This document shows, piece after piece, positions 27,304 through 39,643 of a stretch of 64,000 bases of DNA (positions are counted from its first letter, which is position 1; the number at the start of each line of letters is the position of its first letter). Both the position numbers and the translations under genes were made by a program. A model generated the notes under the pieces. That model was not told where the DNA came from and did not search any database. It was given only the letters and a program-made list of their open reading frames with translations. Source of the DNA: Rhodocyclales bacterium RIFCSPLOWO2_02_FULL_63_24 (GTDB taxonomy: Bacteria > Pseudomonadota > Gammaproteobacteria > Burkholderiales > Rhodocyclaceae); NCBI GenBank assembly GCA_001828935.1, contig MHZX01000067.1:3992-67991 (forward strand). Direction: 5' to 3'.

Positions 27304-29128
27304 CGCCGGCCCGCGTAGCGGGAATCCCGGCGCGCAGAGCGCAGGTTTCGATTCGCAGGAATTCCTGGCGACCCTGACCGACGCGCCCGGCGTCTATCGC
27401 ATGCTCGATGGCGAAGGCAAGGTCTTGTACGTGGGCAAGGCGAAGAATCTGAAGAAGCGCGTCTCATCCTATTTTCAAAAGACCGGCCACAGTCCTCGCA
27501 TCGCTCTGATGCTGCAGCAGGTGGCGACCATGGAGGTGACGGCGACACGTTCCGAGGCAGAGGCGCTGATCCTGGAAAACACCTTGATCAAGAAGCTCGG
27601 GCCGAAATACAACATCCTGTTTCGCGACGACAAGTCCTATCCCTACATCGGCATCGGTGGCAAAGACGGCGGCGGCGAGTTTCCTCGGCTGTTCTACCAT
27701 CGCGGCGCCTTCGAAAAGAAATCGCATTATTTCGGGCCTTTTCCCAATGGTCTGGCGGTGCGCGAGAGCATCCAACTGATCCAGAAAACATTTCTGTTGC
27801 GTACCTGCGAAGAGGCCGTGTTCGCCCACCGCACGCGGCCCTGCCTGATGCATCAGATCAAGCGCTGCAAGGCGCCCTGCGTGGGATTGATTTCAGCACA
27901 GGACTATGCCGCCGACGTGCGGTTGGCCGAGATGTTCCTGCGCGGACGCCACTCGGAAGTGATTGACGGCCTGACGCAGCAGATGGAAGTCGCCGCCACG
28001 GCGCTGCGCTTCGAGGACGCCGCCGCCTTGCGCGACCAGATCAGGGCCTTGCAGGCCGTGCTGCATCGCCAGTACGTCAGTTCGACACGGGATACGGATG
28101 TCGACATCATCGTCGCTGTGGTCGAGCGCGGCAACCTGTGCGTGAATCTGGCCATGGTGCGCGGAGGGCTGCATCTCGGTGATCGCGCCTACTTCCCGCA
28201 GGCGGCGGCCGAGGCGGAGGCCGCCGAGGGCTTGGCGGCCTTTGTCGCCCAGCACTATGTGGAGCTGCCGGCCCCGGCGCAGATGATATTGAGCCCATAT
28301 CCGATCGAGGATCTGCCTGGCGGCGTCAGTTCGGGGCCGCCGCGGAACGAGATGGAACGCGCCTGGGTTGAGATGGCGACGACCAATGCGCAGTTGGCGG
28401 TGCAGGCACGGCGGCAAGCCAAAATTCGCAGCAGCGGGCGTCTGGCGGCCTTGCAGGAGGCGCTCGACCTGCCCGAGCCGCCGCGCCGCATCGAATGCTT
28501 CGACATCAGCCACACCATGGGCGAGGCCACGGTGGCGTCCTGCGTGGTCTGCGTCGATGGTGCGATGAAGAAAGGCGACTACCGCCGTTTCAACATCGAA
28601 GGCATCCAGCCCGGCGACGACTACGCGGCGATGCGCCAGGCCCTGACGCGACGCTACGAGAAGGTGGCCACCGGCGAGACGACGGCGCCTGATCTGGTTC
28701 TGATCGATGGCGGCAAGGGCCAGCATCGAATCGCACGCGAGGTGTTCGCCGAGTTGGGCCTGGATCATTTGGCCAGCATTGGCGTGGCCAAGGGCGAGGA
28801 CAGGAAGCCGGGACTGGAAACACTCTTCGTGCATGGGCGCAGCATGCCGCTACAATTGGGCATGGACCATGCCGGCTTCCACCTGATCCAGGAAATTCGC
28901 GACGAGGCGCATCGCTTCGCCATCGTCGGTCATCGGGCGCGGCGCGCAAAAGCGCGCGGGCGTTCGAAGCTGGAAGATGTCGCGGGTGTCGGGCCGGCGC
29001 GGCGCAAGAAGCTGCTGGCGCAATTTGGCGGCCTCGACGGGGTAAGGGCTGCCACTGTTGAAGACTTGTGTCGTGTCGATGGGATATCGCGGCGCCTGGC
29101 CGATGAAATACACAAGATGTTGAGATGA
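27296..29128 (+). CDS. uvrC: Excinuclease ABC subunit C
   Basis: GIY-YIG motif GVYRMLDGEGKVLYVGKAKNLKKRVSSYF, a UvrBC domain, and C-terminal (HhH)2. The start is uncertain (27266 or 27296). Confidence 0.95.
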   Translation: MPNAGPRSGNPGAQSAGFDSQEFLATLTDAPGVYRMLDGEGKVLYVGKAKNLKKRVSSYFQKTGHSPRIALMLQQVATMEVTATRSEAEALILENTLIKKLGPKYNILFRDDKSYPYIGIGGKDGGGEFPRLFYHRGAFEKKSHYFGPFPNGLAVRESIQLIQKTFLLRTCEEAVFAHRTRPCLMHQIKRCKAPCVGLISAQDYAADVRLAEMFLRGRHSEVIDGLTQQMEVAATALRFEDAAALRDQIRALQAVLHRQYVSSTRDTDVDIIVAVVERGNLCVNLAMVRGGLHLGDRAYFPQAAAEAEAAEGLAAFVAQHYVELPAPAQMILSPYPIEDLPGGVSSGPPRNEMERAWVEMATTNAQLAVQARRQAKIRSSGRLAALQEALDLPEPPRRIECFDISHTMGEATVASCVVCVDGAMKKGDYRRFNIEGIQPGDDYAAMRQALTRRYEKVATGETTAPDLVLIDGGKGQHRIAREVFAELGLDHLASIGVAKGEDRKPGLETLFVHGRSMPLQLGMDHAGFHLIQEIRDEAHRFAIVGHRARRAKARGRSKLEDVAGVGPARRKKLLAQFGGLDGVRAATVEDLCRVDGISRRLADEIHKMLR

Positions 29129-29129
29129 C

Positions 29130-29693
29130 ATGCCGCTGAATATTCCGAATCTGTTGACCTGGGCGCGCATTCTCCTGATTCCCCTGGTGGTAGGTGTTTA
29201 CTACCTGCCGCTGACAATCGCCGAGCAGAACCTGGTGGCGACGGCTGCCTTTCTGGTCGCCGCCATCACCGACTGGGTCGATGGCTGGCTGGCACGCAAG
29301 CTGAACCAGACCTCGGCCTTCGGTGCCTTCCTCGACCCGGTGGCGGACAAGCTGATGGTGGCTGCGGCGCTGGTGGTGCTGGTGCGGCTCGATCGTGCCG
29401 ATGTCATGCTGGCTTTCATCATCATCGGTCGCGAGATCGCCATCTCGGCCTTGCGCGAGTGGATGGCAAAGATCGGTGCGGCGAAGAGCGTCGCCGTTTC
29501 ATTGATCGGGAAACTGAAAACCATCGCGCAGATGACGGCGATTCCGCTTCTGTTGTGGCACACGCCGATCGGCCCGCTCGACGTGTATCGGGTCGGCACC
29601 TGGTCGCTTTGGGTCGCCGCGCTGCTGACGTTGTGGTCGATGATTTACTACTTGCAAAAAGCGTGGCCGGAAATCTCGGCGCGCAGTCGTTGA
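29130..29693 (+). CDS. pgsA: CDP-diacylglycerol--glycerol-3-phosphate 3-phosphatidyltransferase
   Basis: 187 aa. CDP-alcohol phosphatidyltransferase motif DWVDGWLARKLNQTSAFGAFLDPVADK. Confidence 0.95.
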   Translation: MPLNIPNLLTWARILLIPLVVGVYYLPLTIAEQNLVATAAFLVAAITDWVDGWLARKLNQTSAFGAFLDPVADKLMVAAALVVLVRLDRADVMLAFIIIGREIAISALREWMAKIGAAKSVAVSLIGKLKTIAQMTAIPLLLWHTPIGPLDVYRVGTWSLWVAALLTLWSMIYYLQKAWPEISARSR

Positions 29694-29717
29694 CACATCG
29701 AAAGCGGACGCTATAAT
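29690..29717 (+). promoter_or_regulatory. Near-consensus sigma70 promoter for the tRNA operon
   Basis: TTGACA (29690..29695), a 16-nt spacer, then TATAAT (29712..29717), 13 nt before tRNA-Gly. The -35 element overlaps the pgsA stop codon. Confidence 0.6.
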
Positions 29718-29730
29718 GCGCGCCTGTTCT

Positions 29731-29806
29731 GCGGGAGTAGCTCAGTTGGTAGAGCGCAACCTTGCCAAGGTTGAGGTCGAGAGTTCGAGACTCTTCTCCC
29801 GCTCCA
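29731..29806 (+). tRNA. glyW: tRNA-Gly (anticodon GCC)
   Basis: 76 nt. Acceptor GCGGGAG/CTCCCGC, anticodon loop CTTGCCAAG region (cuGCCaa), TTCGAGA T-loop, encoded CCA. Confidence 0.9.
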
Positions 29807-29813
29807 GATTCCC

Positions 29814-29844
29814 AAGGGAAAGCGTTTCGGCGCTTTCCCTTTTT
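29814..29844 (+). terminator. Strong terminator-like hairpin between tRNA-Gly and tRNA-Cys
   Basis: 11-bp stem AAGGGAAAGCG/CGCTTTCCCTT, loop TTTCGG, followed by a T-run. Confidence 0.55.
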
Positions 29845-29879
29845 AGTTCCGGTAGTTCCAGTCATGGTCCCTCGACCCT

Positions 29880-29953
29880 GGCGCGATGGCAGAGTGGTTA
29901 TGCAGCGGCCTGCAAAGCCGTGTACCTCGGTTCGATTCCGGGTCGCGCCTCCA
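29880..29953 (+). tRNA. cysT: tRNA-Cys (anticodon GCA)
   Basis: 74 nt. Acceptor GGCGCGA/TCGCGCC, anticodon loop cuGCAaa, GGTTCGATTCC T-arm, encoded CCA. Confidence 0.9.
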
Positions 29954-29982
29954 GTGTTCCTCCGCTTCGAGTTTTTTATCGG

Positions 29983-30067
29983 GCCCGGATGGTGAAATTG
30001 GTAGACACAAGGGACTTAAAATCCCTCGGCGCAAGCCATACCGGTTCGATTCCGGTTCCGGGCACCA
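29983..30067 (+). tRNA. leuZ: tRNA-Leu (anticodon TAA), class II with a long variable arm
   Basis: 85 nt. Acceptor GCCCGGA/TCCGGGC, anticodon loop cuTAAaa, GGTTCGATTCC T-arm, encoded CCA. Confidence 0.9.
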
Positions 30068-30068
30068 C

Positions 30069-30500
30069 GTGATAGTACTCAATCTTCTTTGCGACCACGG
30101 ACACCGCTTCGAAGGGTGGTTTGCATCGGGTGAAGCGTTTCGCAACCAAAGCCAGAGTCGCCTCGTGCATTGCCCTCAGTGCCAGACATCGGCGGTGACC
30201 CAGTTGCCATCGGCGCCTCACGTAAAACGAGGTGCGACCGAGGTGGTCTACACGGAAAAGCCATCGACGGCGGTTAGCGTACCCGGCGTGGCGCAAATGC
30301 ATCGGGTCCTGATGACCCTCGCGCGCCAGGCGGAGAACGTCGGCGAGCGTTTTCCGGAAGAAGCGCGCCGCATTCACTACGACGAAGTTCCCGCGCGCAA
30401 CATTCGCGGTGTGGCGACGGCCGATGAGACCCGCGATCTGCTTGAAGAAGGGATTGTGGTTCTTCCGGCGCCGGTGCTGTCCGAAGACGAGATTCACTGA
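30069..30500 (+). CDS. DUF1178 family zinc-ribbon protein
   Basis: 143 aa from GTG. (M)IVLNLLCDHGHRFEGWF...HCPQCQ matches the conserved DUF1178 N-terminus as I remember it. The upstream part of track ORF 29886..30500 is the tRNA genes read as protein. Confidence 0.7.
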   Translation: MIVLNLLCDHGHRFEGWFASGEAFRNQSQSRLVHCPQCQTSAVTQLPSAPHVKRGATEVVYTEKPSTAVSVPGVAQMHRVLMTLARQAENVGERFPEEARRIHYDEVPARNIRGVATADETRDLLEEGIVVLPAPVLSEDEIH

Positions 30501-30503
30501 CGC

Positions 30504-31462
30504 TCAGTTCGGCTGCGGCGACTTCCAGACGCGTGGCGAGAACCTGAAGACCTGCGGATCAGTTGCGTCAACCTGACCCCTGACCCAGCCGAAAAAGGGC
30601 GAGCCGAAGGTTTCGACTCGAGTGAAATTTTTCACCGTTTCTCCGCTTTCCGGGTCTTCCATCGGCTGATTGACCTGATGACGGTGGGTGTCGCCATGCA
30701 CCAGCACGACCTGGCCGGGAAAAGCTTGGGTTGCTTCGCGCAACTGGATCAGGAAGTCGCGGTAGCCGGGGTTGGATTTGCCGGCATTGGCGGCATGAAA
30801 GCCGGGATTGCCCTGGATCGCGATCAGGATGCCCGCCAGTTTCCTGCTGCGTGCGAGCGCAAATGCCTGGGCCAGCCAGGCGCGGTTGGCGGCGCTGCGT
30901 TCGATGAACTCGGCGCCGGGTTCGCCGTTGCTTCGCGTGCCATGAAAGTTGTTGTCGCTGCCCGGCAGATTGAGGGCGACAAACAAAACACCGCCGGCTT
31001 CCCACCTCACGTTTTCGCGATAGCTGGCAAAGGCTTTGTCGTTGCTCTGTCGCTCAAGTCTTAGCTGGCGCTGGCCCAAGGCAAAATTACCGGCGAAGAA
31101 CCATTCGCGCAGCTTGCCCAGCCGCTCCAGCGGGTCATAGCGACCGTTGCTTTGGCGATGACAATCGGTCCAGTCGTTGTCGCCCGGGACATAGATCAAC
31201 GGATGCCTGGACTTCTGAAAGGAGGCCAGGACGTCTTTCAGTACCTCGTCGCTGCAGATGCTGGCGCCGCTCTTGAGGTCCCCGTCATGAATCACGAAGG
31301 TCAGATTTTCGCTGTCCATGTCAGCGATCAGATCCGGCAGGTGGTCGCGCTCCCAACGAGTGTAGGGCGTGTCGCCGAACAGGCCGAAGGCCACGGATTC
31401 GGCGGCTGCCGGCGGCACCAGCAGAACAAGCAGAATTAGCCGCCAGAGCCGCAGCAACGGCT

Positions 31463-31466
<4 letters not shown>
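30504..31466 (-). CDS. Secreted calcineurin-like metallophosphoesterase
   Basis: 320 aa. Signal peptide. [21 protein letters not shown] and VHGDTH motifs. GTG start in a GTGA overlap with the mutS stop. Confidence 0.8.
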
Positions 31467-34063
<2,597 letters not shown>

Positions 34064-34073
34064 CAGGCCAGAA

Positions 34074-34880
34074 TCAGGCGGCCAGGGCCGCAGTCCGGTG
34101 CGGCGCGATGAGTTGCAGCAATTGCGCGAATATCTTGGGGTTGCCGCCGATGATGTTGCCGGTTTTCATGTAGTTGGATTCACCGGCCAGATCGCCGACC
34201 AAACCACCGGCCTCGGTGATCAGCAGGGTGCCGGCGGCCATGTCCCATGGCGACAGGCCGAGTTCCCAGAAACCGTCCATGCGGCCGCAGGCGACCCAGG
34301 CCAGATCCAATGCGGCGGCACCGGGGCGGCGCATGCCCGCCGTTTTCTGCGCCACTTCGCGGAATATCGCCAGATAGGCGTCGATATGGTCGAACACGCG
34401 ATACGGGAAGCCAGTGCCGATCAGCGCCTCATCGAGCTTGCTGCGCTTGGCGACGCGAATGCGCTTTTCGTTGAGGAAGGCGCCGCCGCCCTTGCTGGCG
34501 GTGAAGATTTCGTTGCGGTTGGGGTCATACACCACGGCTTGCGTCATCACACCTTTGTGCGCAAGGCCAATGGAGATTGCGTACTGCGGCAGGCCGTGGA
34601 TGAAATTGGTGGTGCCGTCGAGCGGATCGATGATCCATTGGAATTCGCTGTCGGCGCTGGTGCCGGCCAGCCCCGACTCCTCTGCTAGAATTCCGTAGGC
34701 CGGGTAGGCATCGCGCAGTACGTCAAGGATTGCGGCTTCCGCGGCGCGGTCAACCTCCGTTACGTAATCGCTCTGCTGTTTGACGTCGATCCTGAGTTTG
34801 TCGACGTCCATACTGGCGCGATTGATGATCTGACCGGCTCGACGCGCGGCCTTTACGGCTATGTTAAGCGTGGGATGCAT
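34074..34880 (-). CDS. suhB: Inositol monophosphatase family protein SuhB
   Basis: 268 aa. [12 protein letters not shown] and [14 protein letters not shown] motifs. Divergent from trmJ as in E. coli. Confidence 0.9.
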   Translation of the reverse strand: MHPTLNIAVKAARRAGQIINRASMDVDKLRIDVKQQSDYVTEVDRAAEAAILDVLRDAYPAYGILAEESGLAGTSADSEFQWIIDPLDGTTNFIHGLPQYAISIGLAHKGVMTQAVVYDPNRNEIFTASKGGGAFLNEKRIRVAKRSKLDEALIGTGFPYRVFDHIDAYLAIFREVAQKTAGMRRPGAAALDLAWVACGRMDGFWELGLSPWDMAAGTLLITEAGGLVGDLAGESNYMKTGNIIGGNPKIFAQLLQLIAPHRTAALAA

Positions 34881-34941
34881 GGACTTTTAAGGCGAGGCTG
34901 GCAAGAGGGGCGCATTCGGCGCAGGAAGTTTGCAATTCTAT

Positions 34942-35020
34942 CCCGGGATACCGTTTCGGCCCAAGGGGCCCGGGACATATCCTGGGATACCGTCCCGGCC
35001 CAGAGGGACCGAGACATACT
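34942..35020 (+). repeat. Two tandem copies of a 39-nt unit ending 1 nt before the trmJ ATG
   Basis: 34942..34980 against 34981..35019: 31 of 39 identical by my hand alignment (CCCGGGATACCGTTTCGGCCCAAGGGGCCCGGGACATAT / CCTGGGATACCGTCCCGGCCCAGAGGGACCGAGACATAC). Confidence 0.8.
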
Positions 35021-35818
35021 ATGAACACGACGCCATTGCCCGCACCTGCCGTTCTCGATCGCATTCGCATCGTTCTTTCTCACCCCAGTCACCCGGGAAA
35101 TATTGGTGCAGCGGCGAGGGCGATGAAGACCATGGGTTTATCGCGTCTGGTTTTGGTCAATCCGCGGAATTTCCCCGATGCCCAGGCGGATGCCATGGCG
35201 GCGGGTGCCACCGATGTATTGGTGAACGCCGACGTCGTCGCTTCGCTATCGTCGGCGCTGAGCGGCACAGTGCTGGCCATGGCGATGACGGCGCGCAGGA
35301 GGGAATTGGCGGTGCCCGCGCTGTGGGCACGCGACGGCGCCGCGGAACTGGTGACGATGGCTGCCACCGCGGATGTTGCGCTGGTGTTCGGCAACGAGAC
35401 CTCCGGGCTTTCCAACGACGAACTTTCCATGTGTCGGCGCTGGGCGATGATTCCCGTGAATGCCGAGTTCAGTTCGCTCAATCTCGCCGCAGCGGTGCAG
35501 GTGATGTGCTACGAACTGAGACTGGCGGCCCTCGATCCTGGCCGGCCTCCGGCCATATCCGGAGCGGGCTTGCTCGCAAGCCATGACGAAGTCGAGGGAT
35601 TGATCGCTCATATCGAACGCGCGGCCTTGTCCAGCGAGTTTCTTGATCCAGCCAGCCCAAAGCGCCTGATTCCCCGCTTGCGGCGCATGTTTTCCCGTGC
35701 CGGCCCGGAAAAGGAGGAGGTCGCGATCCTGCGCGGCTTGTTCGCGGCGTTGGAAAAGGGACTGAAGACCCCAATTGAAGTAGATGCAGCGAAGGCCGCG
35801 CGCAAGCTTGAAAACTGA
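35021..35818 (+). CDS. trmJ: tRNA (cytidine/uridine-2'-O-)-methyltransferase TrmJ (SpoU family)
   Basis: 265 aa. LSHPSHPGNIGAAARAMKTMG, FGNETSGL and SLNLAAAVQVMCYEL SPOUT motifs. Confidence 0.9.
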   Translation: MNTTPLPAPAVLDRIRIVLSHPSHPGNIGAAARAMKTMGLSRLVLVNPRNFPDAQADAMAAGATDVLVNADVVASLSSALSGTVLAMAMTARRRELAVPALWARDGAAELVTMAATADVALVFGNETSGLSNDELSMCRRWAMIPVNAEFSSLNLAAAVQVMCYELRLAALDPGRPPAISGAGLLASHDEVEGLIAHIERAALSSEFLDPASPKRLIPRLRRMFSRAGPEKEEVAILRGLFAALEKGLKTPIEVDAAKAARKLEN

Positions 35819-35876
35819 ATTGCAAATAAATGCTTGACCCCGACGCTCGGGATTTCTACCATTTCAGAAAGTACTA

Positions 35877-36641
35877 ATGGATCAATCCATGTTTTCCCGT
35901 TTGCGCGAAGATATTTCCTGCGTTTTTGAACGCGATCCCGCTGCCCGTTCTACATGGGAGGTGCTGACCTGCTATCCGGGTTTTCATGCGCTGACGCTGC
36001 ACCGTGCTTCACATTGGCTGTGGAGTGCACGTTTGCGCTGGCTGGCGCGCTTTCTCTCGCATTTTGCACGCTGGATCACCGGCATCGAGATTCATCCCGG
36101 CGCGACAATTGGACGGCGGGTGTTCATAGACCATGGAATGGGCGTGGTCATCGGCGAGACGGCAGTGATCGAAGACGAATGCACGCTTTATCACGGCGTT
36201 ACGCTGGGCGGCACTTCCTGGAACAAGGGCAAGCGGCATCCCACCTTGCTGCGTGGCGTGGTGATCGGTGCTGGCGCCAAGGTGCTGGGGCCGATTACTC
36301 TGGGCCAAGGCGCCAAGGTCGGTTCCAACGCGGTGGTGGTGCGCGACGTTCCCCCGGGGGCGACTGCTGTAGGTATTCCGGCGCGCATTGTCGAGGATCG
36401 GAGCGAGATCGACCGTGAAGTCAAGGCTGGGCAGATGGGCTTTTCGGCCTATGCCGTGACGCGTGCCCAGGATGATCCTCTGGCGCAGGCCATCCACGGC
36501 CTGCTCAATCACGCGGTGGAAACCGACCGGCGCATCGAGGCCCTGCTGAAGACCATGACGCGCGCCGGAGTGTCGCTGGAAGACGATGTCGCCACAGCCG
36601 ACAAGTTCGATCCAAACTATTTGTCGAAAATAGTTGACTAA
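35877..36641 (+). CDS. cysE: Serine O-acetyltransferase
   Basis: 254 aa. N-terminal SATase helix domain ([17 protein letters not shown]) and hexapeptide repeats [28 protein letters not shown]. Confidence 0.9.
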   Translation: MDQSMFSRLREDISCVFERDPAARSTWEVLTCYPGFHALTLHRASHWLWSARLRWLARFLSHFARWITGIEIHPGATIGRRVFIDHGMGVVIGETAVIEDECTLYHGVTLGGTSWNKGKRHPTLLRGVVIGAGAKVLGPITLGQGAKVGSNAVVVRDVPPGATAVGIPARIVEDRSEIDREVKAGQMGFSAYAVTRAQDDPLAQAIHGLLNHAVETDRRIEALLKTMTRAGVSLEDDVATADKFDPNYLSKIVD

Positions 36642-36683
36642 ATTAATCGGGATACAATATATTTGACTGGAATGCTCAGGTAT
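36630..36683 (+). promoter_or_regulatory. Two tandem IscR type-1-like boxes upstream of iscR
   Basis: 36630..36654 is ATAGTTGACTAAATTAATCGGGATA, about 20 of 25 identical to the E. coli iscR site A as I remember it. 36659..36683 is ATATTTGACTGGAATGCTCAGGTAT, about 21 of 25 to the consensus ATASYYGACTRWWWYAGTCRRSTAT. The first box overlaps the cysE stop codon. Confidence 0.6.
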
Positions 36684-36729
36684 TACCTGGTGCATTTCCC
36701 GACAGTATTTACCCCGACGGAGAGTTCTC

Positions 36730-37227
36730 ATGAGACTGACAACCAAAGGACGTTTTGCGGTAACCGCAATGATCGATCTTTCCCTGCGCCAGCATACCGG
36801 GCCGGTAACCTTGGCCGGCATCAGCGAGCGGCAGAAGATTTCCCTTTCGTATCTTGAGCAGTTGTTCGGCAAGCTGCGCCGCCGTCAGTTGGTGTCCAGC
36901 GTGCGTGGACCCGGTGGCGGCTATTGTCTGGCCAAGTCGCTGGAAGCGATTTCTGTCGCCGACATCATCCACGCGGTCGACGAGTCGCTGGATGCCACGC
37001 AATGCGGTGGCAGGGGCGATTGCATCGAGGACCAGCGGCCCTGCATGACGCACGAACTATGGACCAGCCTGAACGAAAAGATGTTCGAGTACCTCAATTC
37101 GGTCAGCCTGGCGGAGTTGGTCGCCCAGCAGCAGGAGAAGAGCGGGGCGCCCGCGGCCAACATCCTGCACGACGAGCGTCCATCGCGTCGCCTGCGTCGT
37201 CCAGTCGAGGCTTTCGTCGCCGCCTGA
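36730..37227 (+). CDS. iscR: Fe-S cluster assembly transcriptional regulator IscR (Rrf2 family)
   Basis: 165 aa. [17 protein letters not shown] wHTH and a Cys cluster C-x6-C-x5-C ([17 protein letters not shown]). Confidence 0.92.
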   Translation: MRLTTKGRFAVTAMIDLSLRQHTGPVTLAGISERQKISLSYLEQLFGKLRRRQLVSSVRGPGGGYCLAKSLEAISVADIIHAVDESLDATQCGGRGDCIEDQRPCMTHELWTSLNEKMFEYLNSVSLAELVAQQQEKSGAPAANILHDERPSRRLRRPVEAFVAA

Positions 37228-37245
37228 TCGCGTTTGAGCACCGCC

Positions 37246-38403
37246 ATGTTCGCTCCCGTCTATTTCGATCACAACGCCACCACGCCGCTGGATCCGCGCG
37301 TGCTGGAGGGCATGCTGCCGTATCTCGCGGTGCACTATGGCAATGCCTCCAGTCGTCACGAGTATGGCCGTGCGGCGCGGCGTGCGATCGACGAGGCGCG
37401 GCAGCGGGTGGCGTATGCTGCGGGTGCACATCCGACCGAAGTGGTGTTTACCAGCGGCGGCTCAGAGGCCAACAATCTTTTCATCAAGGGCGCCGCCGCG
37501 TTTCTTGCGCCGGGCATCGTGGCGATTTCCGCTATCGAACATCCCTGCGTGCGCGAGCCGGCAAAACAGTTGAAGCGCTCCGGCTGGCGTCTGCGCGAGA
37601 TTGCCGTGGATGCTGATTGCCGTGTCGCCAGCGCCGACTTTCGCGCCGTGCTCGATGAGAAGCCGGCGCTGGTTTCCGTCATGCTGGCGAACAACGAAAC
37701 CGGCGTTATACAGGACGTAGGTACGCTCGCCGCTCAGGTCAAGCCGACGCGGGCGTGGTTTCACACCGATGCGGTGCAGACATTCGGCAAACGTCCGCTC
37801 AATTTCCGAACCCTCAACGAAGCCGGTGTGCATGCCCTGACGCTCTCCGCACACAAGCTGGGCGGTCCCAAGGGTGCGGGAGCACTGGTGGTCGACAAGC
37901 GCGTCGAACTGCAAGCCTTGATCGCTGGCGGAGGTCACGAGCGCGGCCTGCGTTCAGGCACCGAGAACGTTGCTGCGATAGTCGGCTTCGGCCTTGCAGC
38001 CGAATTGGCGGCAGCTCGCATCGCCACTGGCAGCGGGCAGATTGCTGCCTTGCGGGCAGAACTCGAAGCCGGCCTGGTGGCACAGGGGGCGACGGTGTTC
38101 GCCAGTAATGCCGAGCGTCTGCCCAACACCAGTTACTTCGCCATTGCCGGGATCGACGGCGAGACCCTGGTCGGCAAGCTGGATCGCGCGGGTTTTGCTG
38201 TGGCGGCGGGAGCGGCATGCTCCAGCGCCAATCCGGAGCCATCGCATGTGTTGCTGGCAATGGGAGTTGCGTCCTCGCTTGCCCGTGGCGCCGTGCGCGT
38301 CAGCCTGGGTTCTGACAACACGACAACGCAGGTGCGCGATTTTCTTGCGGCGCTGAAGGCTACAATCTTGCAACTCAAGGGTCTCACGGCCCTGACAAGC
38401 TGA
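37246..38403 (+). CDS. Second, NifS-like class V aminotransferase / cysteine desulfurase
   Basis: 385 aa from ATG 37246 (the track start is a TTG at 37234). [12 protein letters not shown]-Lys motif [10 protein letters not shown], and active-site Cys in AAGAACSS. Lacks the IscS C-terminal tail. Confidence 0.85.
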   Translation: MFAPVYFDHNATTPLDPRVLEGMLPYLAVHYGNASSRHEYGRAARRAIDEARQRVAYAAGAHPTEVVFTSGGSEANNLFIKGAAAFLAPGIVAISAIEHPCVREPAKQLKRSGWRLREIAVDADCRVASADFRAVLDEKPALVSVMLANNETGVIQDVGTLAAQVKPTRAWFHTDAVQTFGKRPLNFRTLNEAGVHALTLSAHKLGGPKGAGALVVDKRVELQALIAGGGHERGLRSGTENVAAIVGFGLAAELAAARIATGSGQIAALRAELEAGLVAQGATVFASNAERLPNTSYFAIAGIDGETLVGKLDRAGFAVAAGAACSSANPEPSHVLLAMGVASSLARGAVRVSLGSDNTTTQVRDFLAALKATILQLKGLTALTS

Positions 38404-38419
38404 ACTGGAGAAATCTGTA

Positions 38420-39643
38420 ATGACTGCAGGCATGAAACTGCCGGTGTATCTCGACTACTCCGCGACTACGCCGGTCGATCCGCGCGTAGCGGCGAAGATG
38501 ATTCCGTGGCTGACCGAACACTTCGGCAACCCGGCGTCACGTTCCCACTCCTACGGCTGGGAAGCCGAGAAAGCCGTGGAAGAAGCGCGCGAAGAAGTTG
38601 CTGCGCTGGTGGGTGCGGACGCCAAGGAAATCATCTGGACCTCGGGCGCGACGGAATCGAACAATCTGGCAATCAAGGGCGCGGCGCATTTTTACGCCGG
38701 AACCAAGGGCAAGCACATCATCACGGTGTCCACCGAGCACAAGGCGGTATTGGATACCGTCAAGGAACTCGAACGCCAGGGTTTCGAGGCGACTTACCTG
38801 GTGCCGCAGGAAAACGGCCTGATCACCGTCGAGCAGTTCAAGGCGGCGCTACGGCCCGATACTGTGGTCGCTTCGGTGATGGCTGTGAACAACGAGATCG
38901 GCGTGATCCAGCCGATCGCCGAAATCGGCGAGATCTGCCGCGAGAAGGGCGTGATCTTCCATGTCGATGCGGCGCAGGCGACCGGCAAGATGCCGATCGA
39001 TCTGGGCAAGCTGAAAGTTGACCTGATGTCCTTCTGCGCGCACAAGACCTACGGCCCGAAGGGCATCGGTGCGCTTTACGTTCGGCGCAAGCCGCGCATC
39101 CGGTTGGAAGCGCAGATGCATGGCGGCGGTCACGAACGCGGCATGCGCTCGGGCACCCTGGCGACGCACCAGATCATCGGCATGGGCGAATGTTTCCGTC
39201 TGGCGCGCCTGGAAATGGCCACCGAGAACGAGCGTATCCGCATGCTGCGCGACAAGCTGCTCAAGGGCTTGATGGACATCGAGGAAACCTATGTCAATGG
39301 CGATGTCGAACAGCGCGTGCCGCACAATCTGAACGTCAGCTTCAATTTCGTCGAGGGCGAGTCCCTGATCATGGCGGTCAAGGACATCGCCGTGTCGAGC
39401 GGCTCGGCCTGCACCTCGGCGAGCCTGGAGCCTTCCTATGTGCTGCGTTCGCTGGGACGCTCCGATGAACTGGCGCACAGTTCGATCCGCTTCACCCTGG
39501 GTCGTTTCACGACGGAAGAAGAAATCGATTTCACTATCAAGCTGCTGCACGACAAGCTGGGCAAACTGCGCGAGCTTTCCCCGTTATGGGAAATGTACAA
39601 GGACGGCGTGGACCTGAATTCCGTCCAGTGGGCCGCACATTGA
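38420..39643 (+). CDS. iscS: Cysteine desulfurase IscS
   Basis: [29 protein letters not shown] and [18 protein letters not shown], with a C-terminal ...SVQWAAH tail as in E. coli IscS. The start is either 38420 or the ATG at 38432. Confidence 0.97.
   Translation: MTAGMKLPVYLDYSATTPVDPRVAAKMIPWLTEHFGNPASRSHSYGWEAEKAVEEAREEVAALVGADAKEIIWTSGATESNNLAIKGAAHFYAGTKGKHIITVSTEHKAVLDTVKELERQGFEATYLVPQENGLITVEQFKAALRPDTVVASVMAVNNEIGVIQPIAEIGEICREKGVIFHVDAAQATGKMPIDLGKLKVDLMSFCAHKTYGPKGIGALYVRRKPRIRLEAQMHGGGHERGMRSGTLATHQIIGMGECFRLARLEMATENERIRMLRDKLLKGLMDIEETYVNGDVEQRVPHNLNVSFNFVEGESLIMAVKDIAVSSGSACTSASLEPSYVLRSLGRSDELAHSSIRFTLGRFTTEEEIDFTIKLLHDKLGKLRELSPLWEMYKDGVDLNSVQWAAH

Noticed and set aside
34942-35020. 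Possible CRISPR or minisatellite at the suhB-trmJ spacer.
   Set aside because: There are only two directly adjacent imperfect copies, no unique spacers, and no cas genes in the window. It is kept as a tandem repeat, not a CRISPR.
36634-36700. Exact -35/-10 assignment for the iscR promoter (TTGACT at 36634 or 36663; TACAAT at 36653).
   Set aside because: The spacer lengths I obtain (12-13 nt) are too short for sigma70. Only the IscR-box similarity is reported.
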